A stretch of DNA of 64,000 bases from Chloroflexota bacterium (GTDB lineage: Bacteria; Chloroflexota; Limnocylindria; QHBO01). Made by a program: the position numbers and the translations under genes. The stretch's first letter is position 1. Each line of letters begins with the position of its first letter. Shown one piece after another: positions 18,337-27,056 of this stretch. The notes beneath the pieces are model-generated. The model ran no database searches. It was given only the letters and a program-made list of their open reading frames with translations, and had not been told where the DNA came from. The stretch covers positions 30,925 to 94,924 of the forward strand of contig JACDEL010000001.1 in the NCBI GenBank assembly GCA_013816405.1, read 5' to 3'.

Positions 18337-20331
18337 ATGACCGACGAGACGCTGACACCCCGCCAGGTCGCGCAGGAGCTGGGCGTCACGGTCCGCACGG
18401 TGCAGCGCTGGGTCGCCGACGGCAGGCTCCCGGCGACCCGAGTTGGTGGGCGGGTGCGGCTGTCGCGCTCGTCACTCAACGCGGTCGCGGCCGGTCATGC
18501 AGTGCCGGCCTCGGGGATCCGCGCGCTGCTCATCGCCAACCGCGGCGAGATCGTGCAGCGCATCGTCCGCACGGCTCGGGGGCTCGGCATTCGGACGGTC
18601 GGCGTCCACCCACCCGCTGAGCGACCGCCGGATGGGGTCGACCTTGCGCTCCCCATCTCCGACTACCTCGACGCGGACGCGCTCATTGCCGCAGCTCGTG
18701 CCGCAGGCGCAGACGCGGTCCACCCCGGCTACGGCTTCCTGGCCGAGAATCCGTCGTTTGCCGAGGCCGTGGAGCGCGCCGGCATGGCCTGGGTGGGGCC
18801 GTCTGCTGGGGCCATCGCCGCCATGGGTGACAAGGCGGCAGCGCGTCGCACGGCGGTCGCGCGCGGCGTCCCGGTGGTACCCGGCTACGACGGCGACGCC
18901 CAGGACGACCCAGCGCTTGCGGCGGCGGCCGCCGAGATCGGCTATCCGGTCCTGATCAAGCCCTCCGCCGGCGGCGGAGGCAAGGGGATGCGCGTCGTCC
19001 GCGATCCTGCCCGCTTGACGGAGGAGCTCGCATCCGCGCGCCGTGAGGCAGGCCGAGCGTTCGGTGACGATCGGCTCATCCTGGAGCGACTGCTCGAGGG
19101 GGCGCGCCACGTCGAGGTGCAGGTGCTGTTCGACGCCCGTGGGAACGGTGTCCACCTTGGCGAGCGCGACTGCTCGGCACAGCGGCGCAACCAGAAGGTC
19201 GTCGAGGAGTCGCCCGGGCCATCGGTCTCGGACGCGTTGCGCGGTCAGCTCGGAGCGGCCGCCCTGGAGGTGGCGGCGGCGGTGGGATACGTGAGTGCCG
19301 GGACCGTCGAATTCCTGGTGACCGATGACGGCGACTTCTTCTTCGGCGAGATGAACACGCGACTGCAGGTCGAGCACCCCGTCACCGAGGCGGTGACCGG
19401 CCGCGACATCGTCGCCGACCAGCTGCGGATCGCGGCTGGGGAGTCCCTCGGCTTCGGGCAGGCAGAGGTGCGCTGGAGCGGGCACGCCATCGAGGCGCGC
19501 CTCTATGCAGAGGATCCGGACGCCGGCTTCCTGCCTGCCACCGGTCGTCTGCTCCGGCTCCGCTGGCCCGGCGGCGTCCGGGTCGAGACCGGGGTTCGCG
19601 AGGGCGACTCCGTATCTGACCGATACGACCCGCTCCTCGCCAAGCTGATCGCCAGCGGCCCAACCCGTTCGGATGCCCTGGCAAGCTTGCGGGCGGCCCT
19701 CGACGAGTCCCTCATCCTTGGCGTGCGCACCAACCTGCGGTTCCTGCGCTGGTTGCTCGACCAGCCGGTCATGCGCGACGGCGAGGTCCGGATCGATACC
19801 CTCGCCCGCCTGCGCTCAGCGCCGCCGCCGGAGGTGAGCGACCGGGCCTGGTCGGCAGCGGCGACCGCCCTCGGGACGGCCGGCCGCCACGACCCCTGGG
19901 GCGGTGGCTGGCGCGCTGCGGCGCCGGCGGCCGTGCGCATGCGACACGGCGACAAGGAGCGTCGCGTAGAGCTCGGCCACGCGGGCGAGGCCGAGGTGGC
20001 CGTGGAGGACGGAGTTGCGTACGTTGACGTCGAGGGCCAGTCGCTCGAACTGTCCCTGGCCATGCCGCCGAGCGTGGAGGAGGCGGTCCGGCACGCAACC
20101 GCGCATGCCGGTGGCGCGGCTGCCCTCACCGCGCCGATGCCCGGACGCGTCATCGCGGTGCGAGCCATCGAGGGTGCATCTGTCCAGGCCCACGAGGCGC
20201 TCGTCGTCATCGAGGCAATGAAGATGGAGCACGCCGTGGTCACCCCACTGACCGGGACGGTTACCCGCATGACGGTCAAGGTTGGCCAGCAGGTGCAGCG
20301 CGGGGACCTGTTGGCGGAGGTATCGGCCTAA
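18337..20331 (+). CDS. biotin carboxylase + BCCP (MCC alpha-type) with N-terminal excisionase-family HTH domain
   Basis: Residues 1-55 (LTPRQVAQELGVTVRTVQRWVADGRLPATRVGGRVRLSRSSL) are HTH_17-like. They are followed in frame by ATP-grasp biotin carboxylase motifs (LIANRGEI..., GGGGKGMR) and a C-terminal biotinyl domain (EAMKME). Confidence 0.8.
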   Translation: MTDETLTPRQVAQELGVTVRTVQRWVADGRLPATRVGGRVRLSRSSLNAVAAGHAVPASGIRALLIANRGEIVQRIVRTARGLGIRTVGVHPPAERPPDGVDLALPISDYLDADALIAAARAAGADAVHPGYGFLAENPSFAEAVERAGMAWVGPSAGAIAAMGDKAAARRTAVARGVPVVPGYDGDAQDDPALAAAAAEIGYPVLIKPSAGGGGKGMRVVRDPARLTEELASARREAGRAFGDDRLILERLLEGARHVEVQVLFDARGNGVHLGERDCSAQRRNQKVVEESPGPSVSDALRGQLGAAALEVAAAVGYVSAGTVEFLVTDDGDFFFGEMNTRLQVEHPVTEAVTGRDIVADQLRIAAGESLGFGQAEVRWSGHAIEARLYAEDPDAGFLPATGRLLRLRWPGGVRVETGVREGDSVSDRYDPLLAKLIASGPTRSDALASLRAALDESLILGVRTNLRFLRWLLDQPVMRDGEVRIDTLARLRSAPPPEVSDRAWSAAATALGTAGRHDPWGGGWRAAAPAAVRMRHGDKERRVELGHAGEAEVAVEDGVAYVDVEGQSLELSLAMPPSVEEAVRHATAHAGGAAALTAPMPGRVIAVRAIEGASVQAHEALVVIEAMKMEHAVVTPLTGTVTRMTVKVGQQVQRGDLLAEVSA

Positions 20332-20343
20332 CATGGCCGACCC

Positions 20344-21246
20344 ATGACCCGGCCCGAGGTGCGCATCTACGAGGTCGGTCCGCGCGACGGGCTGCAGGCC
20401 GAGGCCACGATCGTGTCGACCGAGGCGAAGCTGGCGTTCATCCACATGCTGGCCGCAGCCGGCCTGCGCGAGATCGAAACGACCTCGCTCGTCTCACCAA
20501 AGGCAATCCCGCAGATGGCGGATGCCGACGAGCTGCTCAAGCAGCTGGTGCGGCGCCCCGGCGTTCGGTACCCGGTGCTGGTCCCGAATGCGCGTGGCCT
20601 CGAGCGCGCCATTGCTGCCGAGGTAGATGCCATCTGCCTGATCACCGCTGCCACCAATGGATACGTGCAGCACAACATCGGGATGAGCATCGACGAGTCA
20701 CTGGCCGCCTTCGAGCCGATTGCCGCTGAGGCACGCCGTCGTGGCTGGTGGATCCGCGCGTACATCAGCACCGCCTTCGGCTGCCCGTACGAAGGCCGGG
20801 TGGACGAGCGCGCGGTCGTCAGCGTCGCGGAACGGCTGCTGCGGATGGGGGTTGACGAGCTGTCGATATCCGACACGCTCGGCGTGGCGGCACCCCTCGA
20901 CGTGGCGCGGGTGCTCTCCGCGCTGGATGGCGCCGGCATCGGCGCGGAGGTCATCGCCCTGCACCTCCACGACACGCGGGGCACAGCGCTCGCCAACGTC
21001 ATGGCCGCCCTGGAGCTGGGAGTCCGCTGCTTCGATTCCTCGGCCGGGGGGACGGGCGGCTCGCCGTATGCGCCCGGCTCGGCGGGCAACCTGGCGACCG
21101 AGGACCTGGTCTACCTGCTCGACCGCCAGGGCGTTCGATCGGGGGTCAACCTGGACGGCATCCTGGCCGCGGCTCGCTTCATCGCCACGCAGCTGGGCGG
21201 CGAGGTGGGCAGCAGGGTGGGTCGCGCCGGTGCCTGGCCCCAATAG
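20344..21246 (+). CDS. hydroxymethylglutaryl-CoA lyase
   Basis: HMGL-like TIM barrel (EVGPRDGLQ, LHDTRGTALAN). Confidence 0.9.
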   Translation: MTRPEVRIYEVGPRDGLQAEATIVSTEAKLAFIHMLAAAGLREIETTSLVSPKAIPQMADADELLKQLVRRPGVRYPVLVPNARGLERAIAAEVDAICLITAATNGYVQHNIGMSIDESLAAFEPIAAEARRRGWWIRAYISTAFGCPYEGRVDERAVVSVAERLLRMGVDELSISDTLGVAAPLDVARVLSALDGAGIGAEVIALHLHDTRGTALANVMAALELGVRCFDSSAGGTGGSPYAPGSAGNLATEDLVYLLDRQGVRSGVNLDGILAAARFIATQLGGEVGSRVGRAGAWPQ

Positions 21247-21255
21247 CGGGGTACG

Positions 21256-22275
21256 ATGACGGCAATGCAGGCGAGCCCGACCGACGCCGAGCCACGCCCG
21301 GTCATCCTGGACGTCGACACCGGGATCGACGACATGATCGCCTTGCTGATCGCCGCGACGGCCCCCGAGCTCAACCTGCGGGGCGTCACCTGCGTGGCGG
21401 GCAACGTCGAGATCCACCACGTCGCGCGCAACACAGGCAAGATCCTGCGCATGGTCGGGCGGGGGGACGTACCGGTCAGCATCGGGGCGGCCCGCCCGCT
21501 GCACCGGCGGCTGCGAACCGCGCCGGACACGCACGGTCCCACCGGCACCGGCTACACCGAGCTGACGGGTGAGGATCCCGATCTCGGCTCGACCGACTAC
21601 ACCGCGGTTCCGGCACCGCGCTACCTGGCGGCGCACGTCCAGCGGCGTCCCGGGCAGCTGACCGTGGTGGCGCTGGGTCCCCTCACCAACATCGCGTCCG
21701 CTGCCCTGAATGGCGTGGACCTGGCCGCCGGACTCCGCGAGCTGATCTGGATGGGAGGCGCGCTGGAGGAGCGGGGCAACACGACGGAGACCGGCGAGTG
21801 GAACGCGTGCGTCGATCCGGAAGCCGCCGAGGCCGTCCTGGCGGCTGGTGCCATCTCTCGCATCTTTCCGCTGGACGCGACCCAGGACGTCATCTTCACG
21901 CTCGGGGACCTCGACAGCCTGCCCGGAACGCCGCTGTCGGCGGTCGTTCGCGATGCGGTGCGCTTCTACATCTCCTTCCACCGGCAGGCGGAGGGAATCG
22001 ACGGCTGCTACCTGCATGACCCGGTCACGCTGATCGGGTCGTTGCTGCGCCCCGACCTCGTCACCGAGACCGTCGACGAGCGGCTGGCGTGCGACATGGG
22101 CAGCGATCCGCACCTGGCCGGCAGCCTGTACCGATCCCCCGACGAGACCCGGCGGGCCGTCAACGTGGCCACGGCACTCGACGCGGAGGGGATGCATCGC
22201 GAGCTCCTGGAACGCCTTGCGCACGCGGTCTCGGTGACGACGGCGCAGGTGCAGGCACAGCACGAGGGAGGTTGA
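21256..22275 (+). CDS. nucleoside hydrolase (IU-NH family)
   Basis: N-terminal DVDTGIDDM aspartate cluster. Confidence 0.85.
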   Translation: MTAMQASPTDAEPRPVILDVDTGIDDMIALLIAATAPELNLRGVTCVAGNVEIHHVARNTGKILRMVGRGDVPVSIGAARPLHRRLRTAPDTHGPTGTGYTELTGEDPDLGSTDYTAVPAPRYLAAHVQRRPGQLTVVALGPLTNIASAALNGVDLAAGLRELIWMGGALEERGNTTETGEWNACVDPEAAEAVLAAGAISRIFPLDATQDVIFTLGDLDSLPGTPLSAVVRDAVRFYISFHRQAEGIDGCYLHDPVTLIGSLLRPDLVTETVDERLACDMGSDPHLAGSLYRSPDETRRAVNVATALDAEGMHRELLERLAHAVSVTTAQVQAQHEGG

Positions 22276-22280
22276 GGGAG

Positions 22281-23522
22281 ATGGATTCGGCTCGCTGGAC
22301 ACGGATTGCAATCGGCGTGGCGGTCGGGACGGTGGTCGGCCTTGGCCTCTATGCATCCGGTCAGGTGTGGCCCCTGTCCGCGGCGGTCGGCGTCATCGTT
22401 GCTGACGTCGTGTACGCCGGGCTGACCCTGGCGCAGACGCGCGAATGGGGGCCGATGCGCGTGGCCGCCGGCCTCGTCGCGTTCGCGGTGGCCACCTACA
22501 TCGGGATCATCGGCTTCGGGGACTTCGGCGACGCCAATGCGGTCGACCCGAACACCTTCGCCAACACCAAGGCCGCGAACTCGTGGGCGCTGATCCTGGC
22601 CATCGCCATGGTCATCGGGGCGGTGGTCACCTACGGGCTGGAGCTGCTGCAGACCCGCCGTCTCGCCTCGCTCTCCGGACAGTTCGGCACGCGAACCTAC
22701 CTGCTCATGGCGCTCGGGATCGGGATCAACGTGATCCTGGGCCAGACGGTGGCGGCGGCCCTCAAGATCCCGATCTACCTCGACTCCATCGGGACCATCC
22801 TGGTCGGGGTGCTGTGCGGGCCGGTCGCCGGGGCCCTCACCGGCGGGCTGGGCAATATCCTGTGGTCGTACGTGATCCCGCCGCCATTCCAGTACCAGCC
22901 GGCTGCGGCCTTCGCCATCGCTGCCGTCGCGATCGGCGTCATCGCCGGACTCCTGGGGCGTGCGGGATTCCTGCGCCCGCGGCCCAACCGCCCCGTGTCG
23001 GAGCTCCTGGCCGGCGGCGTGGTGACGGTTGTGCTGGTCGGGGGGCTGACCTGGGCGGCGGCCCTGGCCTACACGAAGATCTTCGAGACCAAGATCGACC
23101 TGTTCCCTGACCCCGCCAAGGTCGACCTCATCTTCGTCCTGCTCGGCTACCTGGCCATCGCATTGGTCGCCCTCGCGGTGCTTGGGCTCTTCGCGCTGCT
23201 CCTCGTGCGCCGCGATCTGACGGCTGCCTACGTGGTGGTGGCCGGGGTCTTCACGGGGATCGTGGCAGCCCTGATCAGCGCGCCCATCGCCGCCGGCGTG
23301 TTCGGTGGCGTGACCGCCTCCGGCACCGACTTCCTGGTAGCGGCCTTTCGGCGGGCGGGTGCCGACGTGTACGCCGCGACGACCGGGCAGGGCCTGATCA
23401 GTGATCCGATCGACAAGGTGACGACCTTCTTCACGGTGTACCTGATCCTGTCGGCGCTTGCCAACCGCTTCAAGGCGCGCTTCCCCCAGGGTGAGCAGGT
23501 GCTCGAGGAGCCTTCCGCCTGA
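22281..23522 (+). CDS. polytopic membrane protein, putative ECF-transporter substrate-capture (S) component (unusually large, ~413 aa)
   Basis: GAGGGAG RBS. About 10-12 hydrophobic segments. It sits immediately upstream of the EcfT and EcfA/EcfA' genes. Confidence 0.5.
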   Translation: MDSARWTRIAIGVAVGTVVGLGLYASGQVWPLSAAVGVIVADVVYAGLTLAQTREWGPMRVAAGLVAFAVATYIGIIGFGDFGDANAVDPNTFANTKAANSWALILAIAMVIGAVVTYGLELLQTRRLASLSGQFGTRTYLLMALGIGINVILGQTVAAALKIPIYLDSIGTILVGVLCGPVAGALTGGLGNILWSYVIPPPFQYQPAAAFAIAAVAIGVIAGLLGRAGFLRPRPNRPVSELLAGGVVTVVLVGGLTWAAALAYTKIFETKIDLFPDPAKVDLIFVLLGYLAIALVALAVLGLFALLLVRRDLTAAYVVVAGVFTGIVAALISAPIAAGVFGGVTASGTDFLVAAFRRAGADVYAATTGQGLISDPIDKVTTFFTVYLILSALANRFKARFPQGEQVLEEPSA

Positions 23523-24319
23523 CCGATCGCCTCCCCTCGTTCCTGGGGGCGCCCGGACCCACCAGCGTCCATCGCCTCAACCCGCTCACCAAGGCGGCGC
23601 TTGCAGCGGTGACCACGGCGCTGGCCGTGCTGGCCGGCGGGCTGCTGGGGCCGGCCCTCCTGACCGCGGTGGCGGTCGTTGTGCCCGCGGTCATCGGCCG
23701 GATCTTTGGCCGCCTGCTGCGCACGGCGCTGCTGCTGACCCTGCCGATCGCGGTCAGCGTGCTCGTCGTCAATCTCTTCTTCTTCCCGGCCGGGCGCGAC
23801 GTCCTGTTCCAGCTCGGGCCCGTCACGGCCACCGCGGAGGGCCTGGAGTTCGCGCTCGAGACGCTGGCCCGCATCGGCGCCATCAGCGGTGCCATCACCC
23901 TGTTCTACCTGACCACTCCCCCTTCGGAGTTGGTGCTCGACCTCGAGCGGCGCGGCGTCTCGCCGCGGATCGCGTTCGTGGCGCTGGCCTCTGTCCAGAC
24001 GGTGCCGGCCCTGGTCGAGCGAGCGGCGACCATCACCGCGGCCCAGCGGGCGCGCGGCCTGGACACCGAGGGATCCCTGTGGCGACGGCTTCGGGGCGTC
24101 CTGCCACTGGCCGGGCCGGTCCTGCTCGGCTCGATTACGGAGGTCGAGGCGCGCACGTTGGCCCTCGAGGCACGCGGCTTCACGCGCCCAGGCCGTCGGA
24201 CCCTGCTGTGGTGGCCACCGGACTCGGCGCGGCAACGACTTGCTCGCTGGGTCCTCGTCCTGGCCGTCCCGCTCCTGCTCGTGGCGCGGGCGCTCGGTTG
24301 GCTCGGGTGGCTGAATTGA
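23519..24319 (+). CDS. ECF transporter transmembrane (T) component, EcfT/CbiQ family
   Basis: The conserved N-terminal segment TSVHRLNPLTKAAL is encoded in frame from 23522. The only candidate initiator there is CTG 23519, overlapping the upstream TGA. The first canonical start is GTG 23609. Confidence 0.65.
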   Translation: MTDRLPSFLGAPGPTSVHRLNPLTKAALAAVTTALAVLAGGLLGPALLTAVAVVVPAVIGRIFGRLLRTALLLTLPIAVSVLVVNLFFFPAGRDVLFQLGPVTATAEGLEFALETLARIGAISGAITLFYLTTPPSELVLDLERRGVSPRIAFVALASVQTVPALVERAATITAAQRARGLDTEGSLWRRLRGVLPLAGPVLLGSITEVEARTLALEARGFTRPGRRTLLWWPPDSARQRLARWVLVLAVPLLLVARALGWLGWLN

Positions 24320-25149
24320 TGCTGACCCTCGAATCCGTCACCTACCGGTACGCGGGGGCGCCGCGTCCATCGCTCCACGACGTGAGCCTGGAGCTGCACT
24401 CGGGAGAGGTGCTCGGCCTGATCGGCGCCTCGGAAGCCGGCAAGACGACCCTCTGTCTGGTCGCGTCCGGGCTCGCCCCGCGAACGATGGGCGGGACGCT
24501 CACCGGACGGGTGCTAGTCGACGGGGAGGATACGGCTCCGCTCGCCATGCACGAGCTGGCTGGGCGAATCGGGATCGCGTTCGCCAGCCCGGCCACGCAG
24601 CTTTCCGGGGTGGCAGCCACGGTCTACGAAGAGGTCGCCTTTGGACCGATGAACCTGGGCGTGCCACGTTCCGAGCTGATTGCTCGGACCGAGGAGGCCC
24701 TCACCGCCCTGCGGATCGAGTCGCTCGCCGATCGCGATCCTGCCCTCCTCTCCGGCGGGCAGCAGCAGCTGGTCGCAATCGCCGGCCTGCTGGCCCTGCG
24801 CCCGGCGCACCTGGTCCTCGACGAGCCCACTGCCCAGCTCGACCCGGCCGGGACGGCGATGGTCGCGGCGGCGCTGGCCGGCCTCGCGGCCGGCGGGGCG
24901 TCGATCCTGGTCGCAGAGCAGAAGACCGACCTGCTGTTGGGGATATGCTCGCGGGTCCTGGTCATCGACTCGGGGCGCGCGGTGCTCGATGGCCCGGCGG
25001 CCGAGATCCTGACAGGTCCGCAGCTTGCGGACCTCGGTGTGGCGCCTCCGGCAGCCATCCGCCTGCGACGAGCGGCCGTGAACGCAAGCCTGCCTGCGGC
25101 GACGCTCGCCCGGCTTGACGAGGCGATCGCGCATGCCATGCCGCAATGA
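24319..25149 (+). CDS. ECF transporter ATPase component (EcfA)
   Basis: Walker A GASEAGKTT, signature LSGGQQQ, Walker B LVLDEP. Confidence 0.85.
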   Translation: MLTLESVTYRYAGAPRPSLHDVSLELHSGEVLGLIGASEAGKTTLCLVASGLAPRTMGGTLTGRVLVDGEDTAPLAMHELAGRIGIAFASPATQLSGVAATVYEEVAFGPMNLGVPRSELIARTEEALTALRIESLADRDPALLSGGQQQLVAIAGLLALRPAHLVLDEPTAQLDPAGTAMVAAALAGLAAGGASILVAEQKTDLLLGICSRVLVIDSGRAVLDGPAAEILTGPQLADLGVAPPAAIRLRRAAVNASLPAATLARLDEAIAHAMPQ

Positions 25150-25946
25150 CCGATCTCGCCCTCGAGGGAGTCAGCTACCGCTACCGGCAGGGCGCCACGC
25201 TGGCGCTCGACGGGATCGACCTGCACATCCGCGCGGGCGAACGGGTGGCCGTCGTCGGTCAGAACGGGAGCGGCAAGACGACTCTGGTCCGGCATCTGAA
25301 CGGGCTGCTGCGACCGACCTTGGGTCGGGTCCTGCACGACGGCAGGGACGTGGCCAGGCGCACGGTCGCGCAGCTGGCACGAACCGTCGGACTTGCCTTC
25401 CAGGACCCGGACCGCCAGATCTTCGCGGGCAGCGTCCGCCGCGAGGTGGAGTTCGGTCCGCGCAACCTGGGCATCAGCGGCGGCGAGCTGCACAGGGTTG
25501 TCGATGAGGCACTCGCCGAGGTCGGCTTCGCCGGGGAGGCGAGCACCAACCCGTACGACCTGGGCGCGTCGCGCAGGAAGCTCCTGGCACTGGCATCGGT
25601 CCAATCCATGGGCACACCGGTGCTGATCCTCGACGAGCCGACCACGGGACAGGACATGCGGGGCGTGGAGATCGTGAAGCTTCTGATTGACCGCGCTCAC
25701 GCCGCGGGCAGGACCGTCATCGCCATCAGCCACGACATGGAATTCGTGGCCGCCTCTTTCGACCGGGTGGTCGTGCTCAGGTTGGGCAGGGTGATCCTGG
25801 ACGGGTCGCCGGCATCGGCCTTTGACGAGGGTTCGTGGGAAGCGCTCCGATCGACCTACCTGGAGCCGCCACTTCCCGCAATCATTGGCTCGCGACTGGG
25901 ACTCGGCGCGACCCCGACAGACGACGAGCTGCTGGCGGCTCTCTAG
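25146..25946 (+). CDS. ECF transporter ATPase component (EcfA')
   Basis: Walker A GQNGSGKTT, a degenerate signature LGASRRK, Walker B LILDEP. ATGA overlap. Confidence 0.85.
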   Translation: MTDLALEGVSYRYRQGATLALDGIDLHIRAGERVAVVGQNGSGKTTLVRHLNGLLRPTLGRVLHDGRDVARRTVAQLARTVGLAFQDPDRQIFAGSVRREVEFGPRNLGISGGELHRVVDEALAEVGFAGEASTNPYDLGASRRKLLALASVQSMGTPVLILDEPTTGQDMRGVEIVKLLIDRAHAAGRTVIAISHDMEFVAASFDRVVVLRLGRVILDGSPASAFDEGSWEALRSTYLEPPLPAIIGSRLGLGATPTDDELLAAL

Positions 25947-26386
25947 AAGCCTGACAGTGGGGGCAGCGGATTTCCCTCGGCGTCCACCCGCTCCTCCGGC
26001 GGCAGCTCGTCCCGATGACGACGCCCGCGGGTCGGCCCCGGGATCGGCTCGGCCATGACGGAATGCGGGACCTCGTCGAGCCGCTGCGCGATGCCGCGCA
26101 GCCCGAGATGGCGGAGTGCGGCGCCGAATCGATCCACGAAGGCAGGATCTCGCAACAACCCGAACGCCAGCGAAGGTGTGGCGCGGATCAGGAGCTCGAT
26201 CCCACGCACCGCTTCGGGCAGGTTGACCTGGTTCAGCCCCAGCTGCGCGTCGAGCAGGTCGAGGCCTCGATTTGCCTCGCGACGCGCCCGCATGGTGAAG
26301 TGCGGCGTGCGATTGACCAGCACCCGCGTCCTGTACAGGGCGGCGCGGGCCAGAGCGTCGCGACTTGCGGGAGCGGGAAAGGCCAT
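25943..26386 (-). CDS. hypothetical protein
   Basis: Protein-like ORF. Its first ATG (26386) overlaps the NUDIX start within a CCATGG palindrome. The alternative start at M32 (26293) is more likely. Confidence 0.4.
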   Translation of the reverse strand: MAFPAPASRDALARAALYRTRVLVNRTPHFTMRARREANRGLDLLDAQLGLNQVNLPEAVRGIELLIRATPSLAFGLLRDPAFVDRFGAALRHLGLRGIAQRLDEVPHSVMAEPIPGPTRGRRHRDELPPEERVDAEGNPLPPLSGF

Positions 26387-27056
26387 GGACCGAATCTTAC
26401 GCGGAGCGGACGGGTGGCAGGAAGGGATCGCTGGCGCCCTCGCGCAGGCGATCCGGCCGATCCCTGCCGACCCGAGGTTGGCGCCGCGCGCCGCCACCAT
26501 CGGCTCCAACCTCCCCCGCTACGATCGCGCAGACTTCCCGCCGGCGCGCCCCGCCGCGACCCTGCTGCTCCTGTATCCGAGCCTCGACGGCGAGCTGACG
26601 CTGCTACTCACCGTCCGCCATTCCGCGCTCCGCGACCACGCCGGCGAGACCTCGCTACCGGGCGGGGCGGCGGACCCCATCGACGCTTCGCTCGAGGCGA
26701 CGGCTCTGCGCGAGGCGTGGGAAGAGGTCGGGGTCGAACCGTCGGCGGTGAGGATCGTCGGCGTCCTTGACGACATCTGGATCCCGGTCAGCAACTTCGA
26801 GCTGCGTCCGTTCGTCGGGACCACCGCCGCCCGGCCAACCTTCTCTCCCCACACCGATGAGGTTGCGGAGATCGTTGAGCTCCCGGTGCGCCACCTCATG
26901 GCTGACGGCGCGGTCAGCGAGGAGCTGATCGAGGGACCCGGGTGGCAGTTGCGAGCCGGCGTGTACCGGTACGCCGGTCATCGGATCTGGGGCGCCACCG
27001 CGCGTACATTGGCGATGTTCGCAGCCGTCCTGCAGGAGGCCAAGTTCCAGTCCTAG
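26385..27056 (+). CDS. NUDIX hydrolase (CoA pyrophosphatase NudL-like)
   Basis: NUDIX box LPGGAADPIDASLEATALREAWEEVGV. The upstream in-frame extension is Ser/Arg-rich noise. Confidence 0.75.
   Translation: MDRILRGADGWQEGIAGALAQAIRPIPADPRLAPRAATIGSNLPRYDRADFPPARPAATLLLLYPSLDGELTLLLTVRHSALRDHAGETSLPGGAADPIDASLEATALREAWEEVGVEPSAVRIVGVLDDIWIPVSNFELRPFVGTTAARPTFSPHTDEVAEIVELPVRHLMADGAVSEELIEGPGWQLRAGVYRYAGHRIWGATARTLAMFAAVLQEAKFQS

Noticed and set aside
18337-18502. Treating the HTH segment as a separate small gene upstream of the biotin carboxylase
   Set aside because: No stop codon separates it from the carboxylase frame, so a fusion is the parsimonious reading of the sequence as given. An internal GTG start remains possible and is flagged in the findings.
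20698-22356. 552-aa - strand ORF antisense to the HMG-CoA lyase and nucleoside hydrolase genes
   Set aside because: Antisense to two motif-supported genes, with Arg/Gly-rich composition.
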